A stretch of 63,823 nt of DNA, the filler included, from Rhabdomonas costata (Eukaryota): NCBI GenBank assembly GCA_019059605.1. It is 53 parts of 53 records of this genome, joined end to end, with 100 filler letters (N's around TTAATTAATTAA, not from the genome) between each part and the next. Parts side by side here need not be neighbours in the genome. Positions count along the whole stretch, not along the records: positions 1 to 1,107 come from JAHMHO010028270.1; positions 1,208 to 2,314 come from JAHMHO010028271.1; positions 2,415 to 3,524 come from JAHMHO010028272.1; positions 3,625 to 4,731 come from JAHMHO010028273.1; positions 4,832 to 5,936 come from JAHMHO010028274.1; positions 6,037 to 7,143 come from JAHMHO010028275.1; positions 7,244 to 8,349 come from JAHMHO010028276.1; positions 8,450 to 9,556 come from JAHMHO010028277.1; 45 more parts are not named here. One strand, written 5' to 3'. The notes beneath the pieces are model-generated. The model was not told where the DNA came from. It did no database searches and saw only the letters and a program-made list of their open reading frames with translations. Of the stretch, positions 1 through 8,577 are shown one piece after another; position 1 is the stretch's first letter, and each line of letters begins with the position of its first letter. The position numbers were made by a program, and so were the translations under genes.

Positions 1-11
1 TGTGGGTTGGG

Positions 12-119
12 GCCTACCAGAAGAAAGGGCCATCAGGGGGTTCCTGACGGCCACTTTCAAGCCAAGCTCGGCAGCCTCGCCTGCCATGAACCCCCTGATG
101 GCCCTTTCTTCTGGTAGGC
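12..119. repeat. 32-bp perfect inverted repeat at contig start (probable amplification fold-back)
   Basis: GCCTACCAGAAGAAAGGGCCATCAGGGGGTTC at 12-43 is the reverse complement of 88-119. Confidence 0.85.
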
Positions 120-1107
120 TCCATCCCACTGCAGGGGGACTACATCTGACTGGTCGCTCCCGGCCTTAGGTGAATGTTAATGTAAATATTCGTTTTGAAC
201 TTTGTTATTTGGTTTCGGTTTGTATGAGGGTGCCAATGTGAGAGTAGTTCGTGTCCACGGAAGCATGCCTGCCTTTTTTCAGGCAGGTATGCTCCTTACT
301 GGTTGTTGTTTTTTTTGCTGTTTTTCTGCAGAAGTCCCACTTGTATGCACGATTAGAAACTTTCTAACGCGATGTGCATCCCTTTTTCCTGCACCCGCAA
401 ATTTCTGATTGGTTTTTGAAGGGAGTAAGATCTCCTTGAAATATTCTTTAAGCGGACTGATTTAGCTGAAAAACAGGTGGAATTAACGCATACGCGGCGT
501 TCACACTTATTTGCATTTTTGGTAATTTGGGTTAGTTTTAATCACCTGAACACGCGGCGTATTTCCTGTCCTGAGCTTCAGCAGGCCTATGTTGAAGGAT
601 GCCCCCGTCAAATGCAGTTGAATCCCAGCCAAGGATAGCTTTGTGTTTCTGTTCGTGGAAAGATTGCATTTTTGAAAGAAAAATGCACCCCCGTGGGATC
701 CATTTGTAATTTTTTTGCACCTCCATTTCGGAAAGTTAGAGATCATGCCCTCTTCGTCCCGGTTCCCGTTGCGTTCTCTCCCTACTTTGTTTCATATACT
801 TCTCAACAAGGGGAAGCCGCATCCCCCCGGCTTCTTCTGGGTTTTTGGCGGCTCTTCATTTTCTGCTCCTCTTTTGTCCACCGAACTTTTGGGTGGTTTT
901 GGTCTAAGCTCATGAAGTGGAATAGAGAACTGTTGAGAGCCGTTCTCTCCACCGACGTTGCTTAGTCTTATTTATTTCATCGGCTTCTCCGGGAAGTTTT
1001 TGTGCAGGTGGATGGGGAGCATTGTGAAAACGCTGAACATTGCTTTCGTAGAACTTTCTGCAGGCACTGCTCCGTTGTGTTTCACAAGCTCCCCATCCAC
1101 CAACAAC

Positions 1108-1207
1108 NNNNNNNNNNNNNNNNNNNNNNNNNNNNNNNNNNNNNNNNNNNNTTAATTAATTAANNNNNNNNNNNNNNNNNNNNNNNNNNNNNNNNNNNNN
1201 NNNNNNN
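1108..1207. other. Artificial contig spacer N44-TTAATTAATTAA-N44 (first of 52, recurring about every 1206 bp)
   Basis: Identical 100-nt block with stops in all six frames. It splits the window into 53 contigs of about 1105 bp. Confidence 0.99.
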
Positions 1208-1570
1208 GGCGGGTTGTGAGGGGTGCGCCATTTGGCGGATCTTTCATTTCCCTTTTGCGCCGGTTCTTGGCCCACATGCAGCGGAGAGTTTAGCGACGGC
1301 ATTGTTCTCGGTTGAAAAAAGAGCGGTGAAGGGGAAGCTGCTCACTGAAGAAGCGCAAGCGAAAAAAGTTAGAGAAAGGCGAAGGGCAGGGAGGGTAGCG
1401 AAGAAGAAACACAGCACTTGCCTTGAAATTTTACGGCATCCAATGGCTGGAAGCCACACAGGCGATCTGAAGACCACAGAGCGAGACTTTCACACTAGAT
1501 GAGCAAAATAATGAAGGAATCAAAGCTCCAGGTCGGGAGTGAGGAGTCAGAGGAGAGCAAGGAAGGGCAC

Positions 1571-1990
1571 CTCTGGAACGACTACCGTGATCGGGGCGGT
1601 CAGATTGAGGTCCCGGTTGATTGCCCTCACCGCCGGATCTGACCACTGCGTGACCCGACCTGAAACCGGTGTGTATGTGTGTGCGCGTGTGCGCGTGCGT
1701 GCCTGACAAAGAGGAAACGGAGGAGGAGCAGATGAATGAATGAAGGCCTTTCCATGTCGTTTGTCATCTTTTCTATCTTTCTTAGCTGTTTTCAGTCACG
1801 AGTTCTACTTCTCTTTCATGGCTAGACAGGATGCAAATGCAAATCAAAGGGCAGAAATTGTGCCGCGCATCAGCAGCGCGGGACGCTTTCTCCCCCAGTC
1901 ACGCCAAAATGCACCTGCCCAGATGTCCACCAGTAAGCTCCTTGAGAGGTTCAGCGGGCTGGTCAGGTTGGGGAGGTTGTAGGTAACCAC
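1571..1990 (-). CDS. PstS-like phosphate-binding (periplasmic binding protein) domain, two exons (1915-1990, 1571-1659), partial
   Basis: Spliced translation VVTYNLPNLTSPLNLSRSLLVDIWA-G-RVTQWSDPAVRAINRDLNLTAPITVVVPE matches the PstS pattern YNLPG..L.L....LADIF.G.I..WNDP.I..LN...L...I.VV. The phase-1 GT-AG intron at 1660-1914 keeps the frame. Confidence 0.8.
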
Positions 1991-2507
1991 CTGATGGTTA
2001 TTTCGTGAACCATCAACACAAAAAGCCAACACTGCTGCAAGCGCCCAAGCCTCCCAAACTCTGCGTGACGTCAGGTTGCCTTCGGAATGCTGAGGCAAAA
2101 AGAAAAGCGGGCTCTCTTTTTTCTTTCAGATAAAATAGCTTCGAGCGCTTCGAGCCGCTTCGCTGGCTCCGCAGATACCAGATACCCTGGGCGGTGTGGA
2201 CGAATCATGGCATAAAGATGCAATTTTCTTTTGAACACGGTCACGCGTCACGGGCCGAGGTCATCATTGCACTTTTGACACTTTAGAAGTCAAATGCCGC
2301 CCCCCACCCCCACANNNNNNNNNNNNNNNNNNNNNNNNNNNNNNNNNNNNNNNNNNNNTTAATTAATTAANNNNNNNNNNNNNNNNNNNNNNNNNNNNNN
2401 NNNNNNNNNNNNNNGGGGGTTTTTTGTGGTTGAGGGCTCGGCGCATTTCCCCCTTTTACAGTCTCAAACGTTTGCCCCCTTCTCTCCCTTCTTCTTCTTG
2501 TTCACAG

Positions 2508-2907
2508 GAATGTGGATGTCGGCATTCTGTGCGGGCTTCCGGGGAAAGCCCAGATCGGCAAAGGTCCCGCAAACCTCCGGCACCCCCACCCACGCACTCC
2601 TCGCAGCCCCTCTCTGTGGAGCGCTCTGTAATGCATAGGCTGTAGTGGTGCATTGCTGCGTTGCTGTCGTGTTTTCCCCGCCGCATTGAGGTCCAAGAAA
2701 ATCGGCGGTTGTGAAACGCTGCAGCTCGCGGTGAATACGTTACTTGCGGTGTGATGAGTGACTTGGTTTGTGCTTTGTTTGCCAGTTATGGTGCGATGTT
2801 TTTTTTTGGGGGGGGGCTCGAATGTTCTTGCACCCTGCAAGGCATGTGGGCGATGCCTGACGCGATGAAGGCAATGCTGGAGCAGAAGATCGGCCACCCG
2901 CGCGCCG
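2508..2907 (+). CDS. glcB: Malate synthase G, C-terminal part, two exons (2508-2563, 2842-2907), partial
   Basis: Spliced translation [40 protein letters not shown] contains the MSG signature AQIGKGMWAMPD with the catalytic Asp. Intron gtcccg...tgcaag. Confidence 0.92.
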
Positions 2908-3141
2908 GTTTGCTTCCCTCTCTTCTCGCGCGCTCGCTCCGTGTGCCGTTTGGGTTGATCTCTGATGTGCTGCACGCCGGGTTTGTACTGTCCGACAAAG
3001 CCGACTTCCAGCCCATCCCCGTTCAGCTCCCTACTCCATAACAGTCTCCAGTGGATTGGTATTGAACCCGGAATGTCCAGGGTGGGGTTAGAGGCCATGA
3101 AACATACACTTATAAAACGTCTTCAGTGGGGTAAGACTATA

Positions 3142-3205
3142 TTTATACGGTTTTCTTCTTTGACTTAGGGACAGTTTATACGGTTTTCTTCTTTGACTTA
3201 GGGAC
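3142..3205. repeat. Tandem duplication of 31 bp (33-bp period)
   Basis: TTTATACGGTTTTCTTCTTTGACTTAGGGAC at 3142-3172 and 3175-3205. Confidence 0.9.
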
Positions 3206-4541
3206 TGGTGTGTTGTTTGCTCACGTTTGTGTATGTGTGTGCGATGAAAAGGAAACGCCCACTGAGAGCGATGATGAAAAGAAAAGCTACTCGTAACGTG
3301 AGTCGCGCGCAGCTTGGGTGCTCAATGAGAGCTCCATAGCACTGTTGTCAGATTTGGGTTGCCGGCTCACCAGACAACAGCCCAGGACCCTCCGCGTGCC
3401 CCCACGTGTGTACCAGGCTTATGTATAGAAACTGCTTATACCGCATAAGGTTGGGTCTTAGGTGACCACGCACAACAATAGCGAATGTAGGTAGTGACCT
3501 GGGAGAGATACTGCCCACCACACCNNNNNNNNNNNNNNNNNNNNNNNNNNNNNNNNNNNNNNNNNNNNTTAATTAATTAANNNNNNNNNNNNNNNNNNNN
3601 NNNNNNNNNNNNNNNNNNNNNNNNGGTGGGGGAGCATCCTGAGACTCACCCTGGGGGCGGAGTGGCCAGCACCCAGGCTGCGGCTCTCGCGGAGCGGTAC
3701 AGCTCCCTTAACACAGTGGAGCTGTCCGAACTGGTTGCGGCCGATCTGGGGGAGGGGTACCCACAGCAGGGCAGCGACCCCGAGGAAAGAGAGGGCGAAG
3801 AGAAAGGTGACGAGGACGCTGCAGGTGTGTCCTTTTTTTTTTGGCTCACTGGCAAGGGGCCGACATGAGAGGGCTAAGCCGAAGCAGGCCTAGGTTCTTC
3901 GTATCCACAGCAGGCCTTCCGAACCGCTGCGTGGCCCTTGGGGTCACGTTGGTGCCCCTTGGCGCCTCATCACCATCACTCGCTGCTGGAGCTTTGCAAT
4001 GATGATCTTACATCTCGCTGAAACTGCCGATGTGTTGCGACTATTGTTGATGTAAGTTGCTTTGCTACCTGAAAAATTCAAATCATGAAGCTGAACTGAA
4101 GTGGACTGGACTGGAGCACTGCGGTTCAGACAGGGATTATCGTTCGTGCAGCAAACAGCAAACATCAAACACAGAGCAAAGAAATAGAATGGATAACCCG
4201 GTATGGACCATTGCCTTCGGAGGGTACATGGAGGTGGCGACCAACGAATGGGACGAAGGGTTCGGCTGTGGGAAAGAGTGACGAGAATTTGGGAGAAGGT
4301 GTAAGGTATGATCGGTCAGAGAGGGGAAGAATTCCGAAAAATTCTGTTGCTTCAGCCCAAACAAAAACAAAACTGAGCGTGAGAATACGTTCGCCTGCAC
4401 CGCTAATTTATATATACGAAATGAAACTGAAGCCAACATAACAACAAGCAAGCAACTGGCGGCAAGAAATAAAACACCCCCACAGCATCGGGACGTCCTG
4501 ATGCTTCCCTGGTGTTTTATGGAGGCACGGAAGGAGGTGAA

Positions 4542-4725
4542 TTTTTCTGAAGAAAGGGTAAGGTGTCAAACTCTGTTGTAGGCGATTTGTATGTTTTGAA
4601 CCTTGTGAGCCTCCATCCAGCAGCTTTAAATTGAAAGTCGGAAGCTGATGCAAGAGGCTCACAAGGTTCAAAACATACAAATCGCCTACAACAGAGTTTG
4701 ATACCTTACCCTTTCTTCAGAAAAA
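4542..4725. repeat. About 72-bp near-perfect inverted repeat at contig end (probable fold-back)
   Basis: 4542-4613 pairs with 4654-4725 with one mismatch. The second arm runs to the contig end. Confidence 0.85.
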
Positions 4726-5578
4726 ACCCCCNNNNNNNNNNNNNNNNNNNNNNNNNNNNNNNNNNNNNNNNNNNNTTAATTAATTAANNNNNNNNNNNNN
4801 NNNNNNNNNNNNNNNNNNNNNNNNNNNNNNNGTGGTGGGTGTGTTTGGGGGTTGGGGGGAGTACACACATGCATACTTTCATATGGTCGTTTAATGGTTG
4901 TTTAATTGTCTTCTCGTGTGGTCAAAGGCGTCAAAGGAGTAATACCAAAGGCAGTGGAAAAGATTGCATCCGTCGGTGGTTACTGGGACCATGGTCAGAA
5001 AAGATCGCAGTGGGATGTCCGAGAAGAGCAATAGTTCGAGGTTCAGAAATAAACATGAGGGCGAAGTATGGCTGGGGTCTTTTGTATATACAGCAGGCCT
5101 CCCAGAACGCTGCGTGGCCGGTCCGTGTCAGGATTTTCCGACTTTTCACCCTCGGCCGGTTGTGCACCCTCGGCCGGTTGTGGTGATCTTGGCGTATCTT
5201 TTTTGCGCGGTTTGGTCCACGCAGCGGAGCAATGGTTCCGTGAGAGACCGCCCCCTCCAACTTGTGTCCCCTCAACCAACCCGCCCGAGCGGAGAAACCA
5301 AGCGCCGTTGCACAAAATGAATCCCCACGGAGGGAGTGTCACAGCGCGCACAGCAGGAGCAACACGTCTTCGGCGCAATCGCCTTGCATTTGTTGCATGA
5401 TTTTTGAGTCGGTTTTCAGCGCCGCAGGCCATGTTGATTTCTGGGGCTCCGCGATTACTTGCTGCGGTGCTGTTAATGTGGCAAAGCTCCAAAATTCGTT
5501 CGCTCGCACGTATCATAATTCACCCTTTTTTAGATGTCCTTATTTCACTGATATCTGTCCGCGTGTATGTAAAAAAAG

Positions 5579-5780
5579 CGTCGGGTCCCGAGCCCTTCGC
5601 CGCGGAGGCGCTGGAGTTCAGCCGGGACCACTTTGTGCAGCGCGAGGTGGAGGTCGAGGTGGAGTCCACGGACATCGGCGGAAGCTTCTACGGAGCGATG
5701 TTCCTAGGCAAGGAGAACGTCGCGGCGCAGCTGCTGCGCGAGGGCTTCGTGTCGCTGACCCCCACTGCGGAAAAGCACAG
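5579..5780 (+). CDS. SND1: Tudor staphylococcal nuclease (SND1/p100) exon, SN domain
   Basis: EPFAAEALEFSRDHFVQREVEVEVESTDIGGSFYGAMFLGKENVAAQLLREGFVSLTPTAEK matches the Tudor-SN SN4 motif EPF..EAL.F....LQREVEVEVES.D..G.F.G. AAG acceptor and probable GC donor. Confidence 0.88.
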
Positions 5781-6538
5781 GCAGCCGCCAGCCACCCCCC
5801 ACCGTTGTCTACCAATCGAGGCTTTGTTTTTATAGGGGGTGCATTGCATATAATGTGTGTATTCGCTAGCTGATTTATCTTTGACTTGGGATATTGAATA
5901 TGTTGTAAATTGAGAGCTCGGGTGCGCGCCCCCCGANNNNNNNNNNNNNNNNNNNNNNNNNNNNNNNNNNNNNNNNNNNNTTAATTAATTAANNNNNNNN
6001 NNNNNNNNNNNNNNNNNNNNNNNNNNNNNNNNNNNNGGTTGTTTTAAAAAGGCTACCCTTGCTTCACGGAACACAAACTATTCCTGTAAATTACTTCCTC
6101 TTCCCCTCATAAAATCTGTGAAATCTATTCGCTCCTGTTTCCCGTTTTCTTCACAGAACCCAGCATTTTGAACTCGGTAGCATGTTGTTCTCTAATCGGG
6201 GGGCTACCGAGGGGGGCAAAAACCGATTTTACCATCACCAGCCTCGGCAAAAGATATCAAGGGAGCAGTTTCCCTGACACCAGTCTCGTTCGGCGCAGTA
6301 CACCCCGACACTTGCTTTCATTTGCAGTTTTTGGTTTCGCCTTTGCTTGCCTGTTCTTTCGTATCAACTGTGAGCAATACTGTCGAACAATAAATTCACA
6401 TGCGCTCTGTGTGTTTGTGTGTGTGTGTGTGTGTCTCACGTTGGTCAACTGAATTCGTTCGTTGACGGACATTGGTGTCTTGGTTTCACCGCACTGTTTA
6501 TTGAGATTGCAGTTGCTTGTTTGCACTAAAACTCGCAG

Positions 6539-7035
6539 AATGGCCGAATTCGGGAACTCCTGGACGCACTGCAGACACTTAAGCAGGAGAACGCCCGACT
6601 TCTTGAGGAAATCATGGAACTCAAGAAGGTTCGTGTTCTTACAGGAAGAAGGTTTTTGGGTTCCCGGCTGCAATTATATTTCTCCATTGCTTCCTCTAAA
6701 GGGGCTCTTCCTGATTTCATGGCTTCTTTATCAAACATATTCGGTACGGGCAACTCGCAAGCCTTGCTCGAGGCAGAACCCCTTTGGGCACCTGTGTCCT
6801 CCTTGACCTCCACTTTCGGAAGCAATTCTGTATTTTTCCCCTTCGGATGAATTGCCCATGGTTTCAGTTCGTTAAGATATTTACGAATCAAGAAGAATAC
6901 ATTGGCTTATTTTTCGAAATTTCTTGCTTAACGCCGCAGGGTGAAAGCCAGGACGCTGTTGCTGCCGATCTGTCCCAAACCTTGGCAAGCGAGCAGCGTG
7001 AGAGGCAGGAGCTTGCTTCGCAACTTTCGGAAGAG
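6539..7035 (+). CDS. Coiled-coil protein, two exons (6539-6628, 6940-7035), partial
   Basis: NGRIRELLDALQTLKQENARLLEEIMELKK and GESQDAVAADLSQTLASEQRERQELASQLSEE, joined by a phase-0 GT-AG intron. Confidence 0.6.
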
Positions 7036-7482
7036 GTATTGACTTCATCACTCGTCAATGTCCTCTCTCTGCTAAAAAAGTGTACTCCCTTGCAACTCTC
7101 GCCTTTGTGCGACTGTTTTGTTTGGCGGATATCACCACCCCACNNNNNNNNNNNNNNNNNNNNNNNNNNNNNNNNNNNNNNNNNNNNTTAATTAATTAAN
7201 NNNNNNNNNNNNNNNNNNNNNNNNNNNNNNNNNNNNNNNNNNNAAAATATGCGAAATTGTAAGGGGGGGTATGTGGCACCCGTGCCAAGAGTGCCAGAGA
7301 GATTCGGTTCAGTCCGGGGTGGGATTTGAATCTGGGAACCCACTCTGTTTCAACTAAGACTGTAATATTGTAAAAATAATAGTGTAACAATGTAATAATG
7401 TAATGATTATGCAAAAAAAAAGTGGAAATATGAGTCTTTAGCAGAAAATCTGGACCACGGATGGGCAAAAAATACACCTGGG

Positions 7483-7790
7483 CCCCACGAATACGAGCGT
7501 AGCGAGAATGAGTGGGGATAGGAGGGAGGAACGTAGTGACGACCGACATCATCCTTTGAGTTCAACATCTAGGAGGAACGAGCGTAGCGAGTGACGACCT
7601 GGTGAACTTAGCGAGGAGCGCAGCGACGAAGCGTTAAGGAAGGGGACTCACTGCGTTCGTGGGGATAGCAGGAGGAATGACGAGCGCAGCGAAGTCATGA
7701 CGACAGGAAGAAGGAGCATGGGCCCTGAGGTACGAAGGGACCATGCGACCATCACTCACTGGTCGTCTGCATTCTCAGTCCTTCGAATGC
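7483..7790. other. Array of at least eight hairpins with GNA loops and tandem GA/GA mismatches (structured ssDNA-type element, non-coding)
   Basis: Examples: 7521-7547 G-GA-GG-GA-G-GA-AC[GTA]GT-GA-C-GA-CC-GA-C; 7572-7598 G-GA-G-GA-AC-GA-GC[GTA]GC-GA-GT-GA-C-GA-C; 7671-7704 and 7713-7749 on +; 7646-7660 and 7769-7790 on -. Confidence 0.85.
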
Positions 7791-8549
7791 ATCCTCCATC
7801 TCTCACTCCTCACTCCCCGACATAAGTCGGTACGTTCGGTCATCCATACGTTGCTACACCTGTCACTTCACTCGTTTCGCCACCCTAAGGTGCTTCCACT
7901 CGTTCCGTCCTTAGCGAAGCCACGCAGAACTCCCTCCCTACGGTTTGGGTTGAGGTGGAGGGTTTAGCCATGGTGGGGAGTAGCAGCGTAGGGTCATGCT
8001 CTGTGGCTGTACTTCTACGGTACTCCGACACACCGGTGGGTTGCGGCGTCACTGTCACTACCTCCCTACACCAACAACGTCAGGGGCGTTGACTCACACA
8101 CCGTGTACCAGGTGATGCATTGCCCTTGCTGCCATCGTTGGATCGGTCGGTGTTCCTCGGCCTCTACAGCATCAACATCCACCGTAGATGTGTGACATCA
8201 CCCTTTGCTGTACATCGCTAGGTCCATGCCAAGACACCCGACGTTGGGTTGACGTGTAGCCCTTGACACACCTTGTGATGACATGATGCTGGGGATGGGA
8301 CGGAAGGGAAGCACAACCAACGCCAACACCACCACCACCACCACAACCCNNNNNNNNNNNNNNNNNNNNNNNNNNNNNNNNNNNNNNNNNNNNTTAATTA
8401 ATTAANNNNNNNNNNNNNNNNNNNNNNNNNNNNNNNNNNNNNNNNNNNNCAGAGCTGCGCTCCTCGTGCCGCACGGGGTTTTCTCCACTTATTCCTTTGT
8501 TACCAGGTGTCAACCTGGTAGAACTTTCCTCGCACTCTGCGCTAATCGT

Positions 8550-8577
8550 AAACAATCCTCTGCTACCAAGTGTCACA
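8550..8577 (-). mobile_element. LTR retrotransposon 5'-LTR end plus tRNAi-Met primer-binding site
   Basis: The minus strand reads ...TGTGACA-CT-TGGTAGCAGAGGATTGTTT: an LTR ending in CA, a 2-nt gap, then the complement of the eukaryotic initiator tRNA 3' end. The LTR extends rightwards from 8571 and its far end is not defined. Confidence 0.8.

Noticed and set aside
5148-5183. CACCCTCGGCCGGTTGTG repeated twice
   Set aside because: Simple two-copy tandem duplication with no spacer; not CRISPR-like.
7311-7342. tRNA T-arm-like sequence on the minus strand (GTGGGTTC-CCAGATTC-AAATCCCAC-CCCGGAC)
   Set aside because: The T-loop is interrupted by 8 nt and no D-arm or anticodon arm is visible upstream, so a tRNA gene is not supportable.
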